A stretch of 63,904 nucleotides of DNA, counting the filler, from an uncultured bacterium (GTDB lineage Bacteria > Hinthialibacterota > Hinthialibacteria > Hinthialibacterales > Hinthialibacteraceae), in NCBI GenBank assembly GCA_964449065.1. It is 4 parts of 4 records of this genome, joined end to end, with 100 filler letters (N's around TTAATTAATTAA, not from the genome) between each part and the next. Parts side by side here need not be neighbours in the genome. Positions count along the whole stretch, not along the records: positions 34,918 to 51,967 come from CAYVAZ010000076.1; positions 52,068 to 63,904 come from CAYVAZ010000153.1; 2 more parts are not named here. One strand, 5' to 3'. Shown in pieces: positions 48,005 to 57,257 of the stretch; position 1 is the first letter of the stretch; each line of letters opens with the position of its first letter. The position numbers and the translations under genes are program-made. The notes beneath the pieces were generated by a model. It did not search any database, had not been told where the DNA came from, and worked only from the letters and a program-made list of their open reading frames with translations.

Positions 48005-49150
48005 TTAAAGAATGACTAAATTATCACGATGTACAACGGGAGCGGGATGGTCTTGGTGCAGTTTTTCGCTGATGGTTTCGGTCTTTAGGCCGATAATTTG
48101 CCGCAGCTGGGTGGAGGAATAGTTGACCAAACCGCGGGCGATCTCAAATCCTTTGGGATCAACGATTTGCACGAGTTCTTTTTCTTGAAACGACCCCTCA
48201 ACCGCATGGATGCCGGTAGCCAGCAGGCTTTTGCCCCGCTCTTTAACCGCGCGCGCGGCTCCTTCATCCACAGTTAATTTCCCCCCGCAAGGGCGTTTGG
48301 CATAGGCCAAATAATACTTCCACGCCGCCATTTGCTTTTTGTTCGGCAGCATCCATGTCGCGTTCGCCGTCCCGTTCATTACCGCATTAATAATGGCGGA
48401 TTTCAAGCCGTTGGTAATGACAGCCAGCACCCCTTTCGCGGCCGCGGCTTTTCCCGCTTCGTATTTCGAGCGCATCCCGCCGGAAGACATGCTATCGATT
48501 GTTTCATGAAAATGACTGCCGATGTTTTTTGAAGCGTCATCAATGATTTCGATCAATTCGCCCGTTTTGGTTTCTGGGTCAAAGGATTTGTAAATTCCGT
48601 CAACCGTGGTCAATAAAATGAGCAGTTGCGCGTCCATCTTACCGGCAATCAAGGCGGCGAGTAAATCGTTGTCGCCGAATTTCAGTTCTTCCACCGCGAC
48701 GGTGTCGTTTTCATTGATGATTGGCAGAACACCGATTGTGAGAAGATGAAGCAGCGTTTCGCGCGCGTTGAGATACGATTCACGCCGGTCTAAATCCGAG
48801 CGGGCCAATAGTATTTGCGCGGTTTTGATGTCATGTTTCTCAAACAGTTCGGAGTATTTCTGCATCAGCCTGCCCTGTCCTACGGCGGCGTAGGCTTGAC
48901 GCAAATGCAGCGATTGCGGTTTTTCCTGGATCCCCAAATAGCGCAGACCGGACCCCACCGCGCCGGATGACACCAGTATGACTTCGATTCCCGCTTGCAT
49001 CAGCGCGGCAATTTCCGTCACCAGCGATTCAATCACCGGGCGGTTAAAGTGGGTATTGGGGTCATCGATTACGCGGGTGCCGATTTTCACAACTACCCGC
49101 TTGACGCCTTTAAGCCTGAAATGGATTAAATCTTTTACCGCTTCGTTCAT
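48005..49150 (-). CDS. proB: Glutamate 5-kinase with PUA domain
   Basis: VVKIGT, VSSGAV, AAVGQ, INENDTV, FGDNDLLAA, GGMRSK and VDEGA...KSLL motifs. Confidence 0.96.
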   Translation of the reverse strand: MNEAVKDLIHFRLKGVKRVVVKIGTRVIDDPNTHFNRPVIESLVTEIAALMQAGIEVILVSSGAVGSGLRYLGIQEKPQSLHLRQAYAAVGQGRLMQKYSELFEKHDIKTAQILLARSDLDRRESYLNARETLLHLLTIGVLPIINENDTVAVEELKFGDNDLLAALIAGKMDAQLLILLTTVDGIYKSFDPETKTGELIEIIDDASKNIGSHFHETIDSMSSGGMRSKYEAGKAAAAKGVLAVITNGLKSAIINAVMNGTANATWMLPNKKQMAAWKYYLAYAKRPCGGKLTVDEGAARAVKERGKSLLATGIHAVEGSFQEKELVQIVDPKGFEIARGLVNYSSTQLRQIIGLKTETISEKLHQDHPAPVVHRDNLVIL

Positions 49151-50207
49151 GATCTGCCGCATTCTCTTCCGGAAAGAAAGCCTTTTGATAGGCCTGAATT
49201 AATTTTTGTCGAAACGCTTCCGTATTGATTTTTTCCTGCGCGGAAATGATGTTCACCTTTTGTTTATCCGGCACATCGCATTGGCTGAAAAACGAATCCA
49301 TGATCAGGGAGAGATCGTCTTCATCTTCCAGCAGATCCATCTTGTTTAAAATGATAAACGAAGGCCGTTTCAGCAACTGATCATCATAGGCGCGTAATTC
49401 GTTCTGTAAATCGAAGTAAGTTTGCGCCGGTAAATTGGGGTCATGAGGCGATAGTTCGATCACGTAAATCAGCATTTTGGTGCGTTCGATATGGCGTAGA
49501 AAATCCAGCCCCAAGCCGATGCCTTCGCTGGCACCGTGAATGATGCCGGGGATGTCGGCAATAACAATCGTGCTTAGATCCGGCAGATTGATGGTGCCAA
49601 GCACTGGCTGCAAGGTGGTGAACGGGTAGTTGGCAATGCGCGGTTTGGCCCCGGTGATGGATGAGATGAGTGTAGACTTGCCCGCGTTCGGCAATCCGAC
49701 CAAACCGATATCCGCAACCACTTTCAGTTCGAACACCGCGGTGAGTTCTTCTCCCTCTTTGCCGGGGGTGGTTTTGCGTGGGGCTTGGTTGGTGGCGGTG
49801 GCAAAACAGGCGTTGCCTTTGCCGCCTGCCCCCCCCTTCGCGATAACGGCCTCGCCTTCGGTTTTTTCCATATCAACAATCTGTTCGCCGTTCGCAGAGT
49901 TGGAGACCACAGTTCCGGCAGGAACTTCTAAGATTACATCTTCGCCGCACGCGCCGGTTTTGTTGTTGGAACCGCCGTGCGTACCGTTTTCGGCAACGTA
50001 AAAAGGCTGCGAATGGAGTTTTTCCAGCGTATTCAGCCCGGGATTGACGCGCAGGATGATGCTGCCGCCGTCACCGCCGTCGCCGCCATCGGGGCCGCCG
50101 AATGGAACGTATTTTTCGCGGCGAAACGACAGGGCGCCGTTGCCGCCGTTGCCCGCTTTGAGGCGCAGTTTGACGTAATCAATAAAGGAGCCTTCTTGAA
50201 TGACCAT
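49110..50207 (-). CDS. obgE: GTPase ObgE/CgtA
   Basis: FRREKYVPFGGPDGGDGG, GLPNAGKST, YPFTTL, DIPG and NKMD motifs. Confidence 0.97.
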   Translation of the reverse strand: MVIQEGSFIDYVKLRLKAGNGGNGALSFRREKYVPFGGPDGGDGGDGGSIILRVNPGLNTLEKLHSQPFYVAENGTHGGSNNKTGACGEDVILEVPAGTVVSNSANGEQIVDMEKTEGEAVIAKGGAGGKGNACFATATNQAPRKTTPGKEGEELTAVFELKVVADIGLVGLPNAGKSTLISSITGAKPRIANYPFTTLQPVLGTINLPDLSTIVIADIPGIIHGASEGIGLGLDFLRHIERTKMLIYVIELSPHDPNLPAQTYFDLQNELRAYDDQLLKRPSFIILNKMDLLEDEDDLSLIMDSFFSQCDVPDKQKVNIISAQEKINTEAFRQKLIQAYQKAFFPEENAADHERSGKRFNPFQA

Positions 50208-50346
50208 AATTCACAATCCTGTTAAGATGGCATTGATTATATCTAACCAAACGCGTTTGTGATGCCGAATGCGGAAACGGGGATTAATGTCTTCCCACAC
50301 CGGATAGGTGAAATACAATGTTGCGGGTGAAAAATGGGAGAAATTC

Positions 50347-51840
50347 ATGCGCTATTCGCTCGTGTTTTATATTTTGGGCTGGATTTTGATTTTTTTCAGC
50401 CTGGCTATGCTTCCATCCATTGCAGTTGGCTTTTGGTTTGGAACCGGCGGGATGTATTCGCTGTTTTATTCCATCCTCATTATTGTTGGCGCCGGGTTAT
50501 GTTTACTGCTTTTCAAACCTCCCCCGGATGAAATGGAACTGATGCCGCGCGACAGTTTTTTAATTGTCACCGCCGGGTGGATGGTCTGCGGCATTGTGGG
50601 CGGACTGCCATTTTTTTTTGAGGGTGTATTCGAATCCCAAATTGAAGCCGACGGTTTCACATTTTTGTTCCAATCGTTTACCAACAGCGTGTTTGAAAGT
50701 ATTTCCGGGTTAACAACAACCGGAGCCAGCGTGCTGGAAGGGGATAACTTTGATCAGCCGCACGCCATGATGTTTTGGCGCAGCACCACCCACTGGCTGG
50801 GCGGCATGGGCATTATTGTGCTATCGCTTGCCATCCTGCCGATCATTGGCGCGGGTGGGATGCAGTTGTTTAAAGCGGAAGCGCCGGGACCCACCAGCGA
50901 CCGTCTTAAACCCCGCATCAAAGATACCGCCATGACGCTTTCAAAAGTCTATGTATTTCTCACATTCGCTGAGACCTTCGCTCTAATCATTTGCGGGATG
51001 ACTTGGTTTGACGCGGTATGCCACGCGTTTGGTACTATGGCAACGGGTGGGTTTTCCACTCATAGCAGCAGCGTGGGCGGGTATGAAAGTTCTGCTATAA
51101 ACTATGTGATTACGGTTTTTATGATTCTGGCGGGGACAAACTTTGCTTTGCATTACCGCTGCTTAAAGGGGGATATCAAAGGGTATTTTCAAAACGGGGA
51201 ATATTGTGTCTATCTTTGGCTGATTGCGGGAGCAACAGCCGTCTTAACCGGCTTATTGTTCCTTCAGCACCGGGAACTGGGTATCTTCTACGCGTTTGAA
51301 CACGCTATTTTTCAAGCGGTCTCTATTATCACAACCACGGGTTTTGCCACCGCCGACTTTGAGGAATGGCATCTCTTTGGGCAAATGGGATTGTTTTATT
51401 TGATGTTTATCGGCGGGTGCGCGGGTTCGACAGCTGGTGGGATGAAAGTCATCCGCATTGTTCAGTTGGCCAAGTTTGCCTACCGGGAAATAAAACTTCT
51501 GATTTACCCAACCGCCATCATTAAAATCAAGCAGGATGGAAAAACGGTGCCGGAGGAGGTAGCGGGGGGGATTATCGGCTTCTTTATTCTCGTCGTGGTT
51601 CTTTTCATCTTGTCGTCCCTGATTTTATCCGCCGCCGGGTTGGATTTTACCACATCGTTATCCGCAACGGCCGCCTGTCTGTTCAACATCGGACCGGGCT
51701 TGGGGGATGTGGGACCGTATGATAACTATGCCAATATGCCGGTCGCCATTAAATGGTGGCTTTCATTTTGTATGATCGCGGGACGGCTGGAACTTTATTC
51801 GGTTCTGATATTGACCGCCCCGGAATATTGGCGCAAGTAA
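50347..51840 (+). CDS. trkH: Trk potassium uptake membrane protein
   Basis: FESISGLTTTGAS, WLGGMG, ATGGFS, TTTGF, GGCAGSTAGG and NIGPGLG pore motifs. Confidence 0.95.
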   Translation: MRYSLVFYILGWILIFFSLAMLPSIAVGFWFGTGGMYSLFYSILIIVGAGLCLLLFKPPPDEMELMPRDSFLIVTAGWMVCGIVGGLPFFFEGVFESQIEADGFTFLFQSFTNSVFESISGLTTTGASVLEGDNFDQPHAMMFWRSTTHWLGGMGIIVLSLAILPIIGAGGMQLFKAEAPGPTSDRLKPRIKDTAMTLSKVYVFLTFAETFALIICGMTWFDAVCHAFGTMATGGFSTHSSSVGGYESSAINYVITVFMILAGTNFALHYRCLKGDIKGYFQNGEYCVYLWLIAGATAVLTGLLFLQHRELGIFYAFEHAIFQAVSIITTTGFATADFEEWHLFGQMGLFYLMFIGGCAGSTAGGMKVIRIVQLAKFAYREIKLLIYPTAIIKIKQDGKTVPEEVAGGIIGFFILVVVLFILSSLILSAAGLDFTTSLSATAACLFNIGPGLGDVGPYDNYANMPVAIKWWLSFCMIAGRLELYSVLILTAPEYWRK

Positions 51841-51877
51841 TTGTGTTGAACCGCGAATGGATGCGAATATACGTAAA

Positions 51878-51967
51878 TAACTCACGTTACGCACTACATT
51901 ATGATATTCTCGTTTTTCTAATCGTTCGCTGAAACTATCGCCCTCGCCCACTGGGAGAGGGACGGGG
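51878..51967. mobile_element. MITE family B, left arm (cut by contig end)
   Basis: TAACTCACGTTACGCA start, homologous to 34702-34790. Confidence 0.72.
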
Positions 51968-52067
51968 NNNNNNNNNNNNNNNNNNNNNNNNNNNNNNNNN
52001 NNNNNNNNNNNTTAATTAATTAANNNNNNNNNNNNNNNNNNNNNNNNNNNNNNNNNNNNNNNNNNNN

Positions 52068-52224
52068 ACTGCGTCATAGGGAGCAATCGCTCTCATCGCC
52101 CTCATCTCTTATCTTCTCCCAATGGGAGAAGACGATAGACACTGCGTTTGACTGAGAATAGTTGGCTCACAACAAAAACCATTTTTCAAGCAAACGTCAA
52201 TCATGGATTGCGTAACATCAGTTA
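52068..52224. mobile_element. MITE family B, right arm
   Basis: Hairpin TCTTCTCCCA-A-TGGGAGAAGA, then a 101-bp match to 17585-17685 ending TGCGTAACATCAGTTA (14/16 inverse of the left end). Confidence 0.72.
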
Positions 52225-52375
52225 TTATGTTTACAGCGTTTCAGGATTGAATAGACAGACGGTTATCTTTGCAGGCTGGAAGCCTGCACCACAATTTTGG
52301 CCTAATTGCCGGTTCGTCATCTATAAACTCTAAACTCTCATCACTCATCACTCATCCATTATCCATTCAAAAAGC

Positions 52376-53821
52376 TTATGTCAAGATACTGTCCACCACA
52401 TGCCCATGCACATCGGTCAACCGAAACCGCCGCCCTTGGTATTTGTAGGTTAACCGCTCGTGGTCGATCCCCAACAAATGCATGAGTGTGGCTTGAAAAT
52501 CATGTACATGAACAGGATTGTTGGCGATGTTGTAACAAAGTTCGTCCGTCTCACCATACGTAAATCCCGGCTTTACGCCCGCGCCGGCCATCCAAATGGT
52601 GAAGCAGCGGGGATGATGATCCCGGCCGTAATTGTCTTCTTCCAACTTGCCCTGCGAATAATTCGTGCGCCCGAACTCGCCGCCCCAAATCACCAGCGTG
52701 TCTTCCAAAAGCCCGCGCTGTTTTAAATCCTTGATCAGCGCCGCGGTCGCTTGGTCGGTGTTCTTGCATTGATTCTTGATCCCGGAAGGCAAATTGCCGT
52801 GTTGATCCCACCCTTGATGGTAGAGTTGAATAAACTTAACCCCCCGTTCGGCCAACCGCCGCGCCATTAAACAGTTCGCCGCGTACGTTCCCGGGTCACG
52901 CACATCATCGCCATACATATTCAGGACCGATTCCGGTTCCGTGGATAAATCCAGCGCTTCCGGCACCGATGTTTGCATTCGATACGCCATTTCATACTGC
53001 GCGATGCGGTTGTGGATTTCTTCATCGCCGGTCATGGCGAATTGCTGCTCATCCAATGCGGTTAACGTATCCAGCATCCGCTTGCGGTCTTCCCCAGCAA
53101 AGCCGTCGGGATTTTTTAGGTACAACACCGGATCTTTTCCCGAGCGGAACTGCACCCCCTGATGTTTTGAGGGCAAAAAGCCATTGCCCCACAAGCGCGA
53201 ATACAACGGCTGGCCGCTGCCGTTTTTGGATACCAATACAATAAACTCAGGCAGGTTTTGATTATCCGTGCCCAAACCATAGCTCAGCCATGAACCGATA
53301 CTGGGACGCCCCGGCAGCTGCGAACCGGTCTGAAAGAAGGTAATCGCGGGATCATGGTTGATCGCTTCGGTATGCATCGAGCGGATGAAGCATAGATCAT
53401 CCACAATCGCGGCGGTATGCGGCAAGAGTTCACTCACCCACGCCCCGCACTCGCCATGCCGTTTAAATTCGTAGATTGATTTCACCAAGGGCAGGCTGGA
53501 TTGCCCCGAACTCATCCCCGTCAATCGCTGTCCTTTGCGCACCGAATCCGGCAGATGTTCGCCGTGCATTTTTTCCAGCCGCGGTTTGTAATCAAACAAC
53601 TCCATCTGCGACGGTCCGCCGCTTTGAAACAGATAAATCACCCGCTTGGCTTTGGGCACAAAATGCGGGGCCTGCAAAATGCCGTGCTGCGGCTGCTGCG
53701 CTTCCGCTTTCGCGTCACGCTTTAACATCGAAGTTAACGCCATCGCCCCTAAACCAAAGGTTGATTTGGTTAGAAAGTTTCTTCGGCTGTTTTGATCGAG
53801 TGCTTTCAATATTTCCTTCAT
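52376..53821 (-). CDS. DUF1501 domain protein (Tat-exported, alkaline phosphatase/sulfatase-like fold)
   Basis: SRRNFL Tat motif, [35 protein letters not shown] and GRDHHP motifs. Confidence 0.93.
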   Translation of the reverse strand: MKEILKALDQNSRRNFLTKSTFGLGAMALTSMLKRDAKAEAQQPQHGILQAPHFVPKAKRVIYLFQSGGPSQMELFDYKPRLEKMHGEHLPDSVRKGQRLTGMSSGQSSLPLVKSIYEFKRHGECGAWVSELLPHTAAIVDDLCFIRSMHTEAINHDPAITFFQTGSQLPGRPSIGSWLSYGLGTDNQNLPEFIVLVSKNGSGQPLYSRLWGNGFLPSKHQGVQFRSGKDPVLYLKNPDGFAGEDRKRMLDTLTALDEQQFAMTGDEEIHNRIAQYEMAYRMQTSVPEALDLSTEPESVLNMYGDDVRDPGTYAANCLMARRLAERGVKFIQLYHQGWDQHGNLPSGIKNQCKNTDQATAALIKDLKQRGLLEDTLVIWGGEFGRTNYSQGKLEEDNYGRDHHPRCFTIWMAGAGVKPGFTYGETDELCYNIANNPVHVHDFQATLMHLLGIDHERLTYKYQGRRFRLTDVHGHVVDSILT

Positions 53822-53824
53822 GCT

Positions 53825-56800
53825 TCACCTCAAGACCACGCCGGCATTCGAGTTCATAATCGTGCTGGCAACCATCGCCATCGCGGCGGTTTTCACTTTA
53901 TCCAATTCTCTTGGGATATCCATTTCTCCCTGTTGCAGCAATCCCTCTATCTTATCCGGATCGCTTTCATATTCTTCAACCTGATTCTGATAATAATCCA
54001 AAAGCGCCTTTTTCTCATCCTCATTCGGCAGCCGCGATGTCAGTAAACGGAACGCCTTCTCTATCCGCTCATCAATCGCCAACTCATCATTCATCACCCG
54101 CACCGCCAGCATCTTTGCTGCTTCCAAAAACTGTGGGTCATTCATCAGCACCAGTGCCTGCAACGGCGTGTTGGTCTCTTCCCGCCGCATGATGCAGTAG
54201 CTACGGTCGGGGGCGTCAAAGGTGTTCATCGCCGGGTGCGGGGCGGTACGCTTCCAAAAGGTATACATCCCCCGGCGGTATAAATCATCTCCTTGGCTTT
54301 GTTCATACGTCTTGTTCGAACCGAACGACCACAACCCTTCCGGCTGATAGGGCTTCACACTCGGCCCGCCGATTTGATCCGTCAGCAGCCCACTGGCAGC
54401 CAATGCCTGATCGCGCAGCAACTCAGCGGGCAAGCGTTTCGCGGGGCCGCGTGCCAGCAGCAAATTCTCCGGATCACGCTGACGCAATTTTTCCGTAATC
54501 CTGGATGATTGCCGGTAGGTCTTCGACATCACAATCCGCTTCATCATCGCTTTGGTATCCCAGCCGGACTGTATATACTTCAGCGCCAGCCAATCCAATA
54601 GACCGGGATGCGTGGGCAAATCACCCTGGCTGCCGAAGTCTTCCGAGGTCTCCACCAATCCCCGGCCGAAGCACTGCTGCCACATCCGATTCACCGCCAC
54701 CCGTGCCGTCAACGGATTCCGTTCATCCACCAGCCACCGCGAAAGCCCCAAGCGGTTTTGTGGAAGGGAATCGTCGTAGGCCAATATGCTCTTTGGAGTC
54801 CCCGGCTCAACCGGTTCGCCATGTTCGTTGTACGCGCCGCGTTCCAACAAATACGCCTGCCGCGGCTCTGCCATCTCCGCCATCACCATCACTTCTTCGG
54901 CGTTTTCATAAATGTCGTTTTTCTTCTGACGTAAGTCTTTCAGCTTCTGCAGATGTTCTTTATATTTCTCATCCATATTCAGTAAATAATATTGTGCCCA
55001 TAACTGTTTCAAACTTTCCGAAGTATCTGCCAACAAACTATGCCGATTGACTCCCGCAATTCTTTCCACTTCTAGAAAATGCAGGACTCTATCATACACT
55101 TCAATTTGATCTAGCCTGCCATTCGTAAATCCTTTGGAACGCCACCGCGCACCTACCCGCAAATTCGTCGTAATCCCATCGTGAACAAACACAATATCCT
55201 TATACAAGTTATCGCGCTTAACGCTCATCTCTTGCAATTCACCATTTACATAAAAATGAACGCCAGCCGCTTTGCCCGAACCGTCATACGTCAACGCGAT
55301 ATGAATCCACTCCTCCCGCGGGCACGGCTCCTCACTGATGAGGTGGATGGAATTATACGGAAAGGTATGCGCAAACCGCACATCGAAATGATCCTCATTC
55401 ACAGAAACCTGATACCCTTTATAACTGTAAATGATCCCACCTTTGTTGCTATGAAAGATCACCCCTTCATCTAAATCTTTCGGGATCCAAACCTTCATGG
55501 CTACCGTAAACGGATCGGCCTTTTGAAACCGCCCCATGCCGGGGAAATCCAACATGGCATCGCCATCCAGCTGGATACCATTCCCATCCTCACGCGAAAT
55601 AAAGTTTGGCGGTTGATCCCATATTTTCATCGTCACCGGATCGACAATCCGCCCGGTTGCATCATCAATTTCACTGGAAATCATTTTATTCGTTGCCGTA
55701 TCCGGTTCTAAATCGAACCGGGCAATTCGGCCAAATAGTTTTGAGTTATTAGAATGGAATGATTCGCTGTTATACCATTGGATGAATTGTTCATTCTCCT
55801 CCATTTTTGAACGATGATGTTCAATCTTTATCTCCAATTTTTTGATCTCTTCATCCAACGCGGCAATCCGCTTTTTCTCTTCCTTCGTAAACAGCAGCAT
55901 GGTCGGCGAGGGCATATCCGGTTTGCTCCATGTGATTTGCCCGGCTTCATCCACATTGTTGAAGAAACTGAAGAATTGATAGAACTCTTTCTGCGAGATG
56001 GGATCGTATTTATGATCATGGCAGCGGGCGCATTCAAAGGTCATCCCCAAAAACGCGCGTCCGGTGGTAATCGCGCGGTCGGCCACATATTCCACCCGAA
56101 ACTCTTCATTAATAATCCCGCCCTCCGCGTTTTGCGGATGATTGCGGTGAAAGCCCGTCGCCACTATCTGATCCGTCGTAGGATTTGGCAATAAATCCCC
56201 CGCCATCTGGCAGGCAATAAATTCATCAAACGGCATGTTTTGGTTGTACGCTTCAATCACCCAATCACGCCAGCGCCAGGTGGGGCGGTCATTATCAGCC
56301 TGATAGCCGTATGTATCGGCATAGCGCCCTACATCCAGCCATTCGAGAGCCATCCGTTCGCCATAATGGGGAGAGTTCAGCAGTTGATCCACCACTTTCT
56401 CATAAGCGTCGTCCGAGTCATCCGCCAAAAATGCATTTATCTCATCCAGCGTGGGGGGCAGCCCGGTTAAATCAAAACTTACACGCCGCAGCAGCGTTTC
56501 CTGATCCGCCTCATCCGCCAACGCCAATCCTTCCTGCCGCAGGCGCTTCTCAACAAAATAGTCGATATCCACTTCCGGCTGCTTAACCAATTCATCCGCC
56601 TTGGTTTCTTGCAACGGGATAAACGACCAATGCGGTTTATACTCCGCCCCCTGTTCAATCCAGCGGATCAACAGCGCCTTCTCTCTCGAATTCAAACTCA
56701 GGTTCGATTCCGGCGGCGGCATCCGCACATCGGCATCTTCGGAAATAATGCGGTGATACAGCTGGCTGTCCGCCACATCGCCGGGCTGAATCGCATACCC

Positions 56801-57046
56801 ATCCCCGGATGCCAACTCGGCATACGCGCTCTCCGGCTGATCCAAACGCAGCCCCGCTTTTCGTGCGGCATCATCCGGCCCGTGGCATACAAAGCAGCGG
56901 TCAGACAAAATCGGCTTAATGTGCCGGTTATAATCCACCGTCTTTGGAAGAGTGGATTCCACTTCCACAATATCCGCAGGCTTCTGCACCCCGCAGGATA
57001 CAAAAAAGAGAAGACTGATTAACAAGCAAATGAATGGATACGGCAT
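53825..57046 (-). CDS. Planctomycete cytochrome c + DUF1549 + LamG-like + DUF1553 lipoprotein
   Basis: Lipobox FVSC, CFVCHGPD heme motif, CARCHDHKYDP, NPLTARVAVNRMWQ and TNTPLQALVLMND motifs. Confidence 0.93.
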   Translation of the reverse strand: MPYPFICLLISLLFFVSCGVQKPADIVEVESTLPKTVDYNRHIKPILSDRCFVCHGPDDAARKAGLRLDQPESAYAELASGDGYAIQPGDVADSQLYHRIISEDADVRMPPPESNLSLNSREKALLIRWIEQGAEYKPHWSFIPLQETKADELVKQPEVDIDYFVEKRLRQEGLALADEADQETLLRRVSFDLTGLPPTLDEINAFLADDSDDAYEKVVDQLLNSPHYGERMALEWLDVGRYADTYGYQADNDRPTWRWRDWVIEAYNQNMPFDEFIACQMAGDLLPNPTTDQIVATGFHRNHPQNAEGGIINEEFRVEYVADRAITTGRAFLGMTFECARCHDHKYDPISQKEFYQFFSFFNNVDEAGQITWSKPDMPSPTMLLFTKEEKKRIAALDEEIKKLEIKIEHHRSKMEENEQFIQWYNSESFHSNNSKLFGRIARFDLEPDTATNKMISSEIDDATGRIVDPVTMKIWDQPPNFISREDGNGIQLDGDAMLDFPGMGRFQKADPFTVAMKVWIPKDLDEGVIFHSNKGGIIYSYKGYQVSVNEDHFDVRFAHTFPYNSIHLISEEPCPREEWIHIALTYDGSGKAAGVHFYVNGELQEMSVKRDNLYKDIVFVHDGITTNLRVGARWRSKGFTNGRLDQIEVYDRVLHFLEVERIAGVNRHSLLADTSESLKQLWAQYYLLNMDEKYKEHLQKLKDLRQKKNDIYENAEEVMVMAEMAEPRQAYLLERGAYNEHGEPVEPGTPKSILAYDDSLPQNRLGLSRWLVDERNPLTARVAVNRMWQQCFGRGLVETSEDFGSQGDLPTHPGLLDWLALKYIQSGWDTKAMMKRIVMSKTYRQSSRITEKLRQRDPENLLLARGPAKRLPAELLRDQALAASGLLTDQIGGPSVKPYQPEGLWSFGSNKTYEQSQGDDLYRRGMYTFWKRTAPHPAMNTFDAPDRSYCIMRREETNTPLQALVLMNDPQFLEAAKMLAVRVMNDELAIDERIEKAFRLLTSRLPNEDEKKALLDYYQNQVEEYESDPDKIEGLLQQGEMDIPRELDKVKTAAMAMVASTIMNSNAGVVLR

Positions 57047-57257
57047 TTCTTTCCCCTATAAGCGAAAAATACAAGAGGGTAGGGTGAGCTCGCCACTCTT
57101 TGATTTCTGACAAATTGCAATTGGTTCAGTGGCAATTAAACTGCGCGAATACAAACAATTTTTGTCCAGCAGCCCACCGTTAGCACGCTTTTGACCATGA
57201 TAACAATTTTTTGTATTTTAAACAAATTATCAATTTGCAGATGAACGCAATAAACGT

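Noticed and set aside
48005..50207. obgE-proB overlap
   Set aside because: obg-proB adjacency is a common conserved arrangement and is not novel.
51878..52224. Apparently complete ~350-bp MITE B spanning the gap
   Set aside because: The arms are on either side of an artificial linker and may come from different copies, so element length cannot be inferred.
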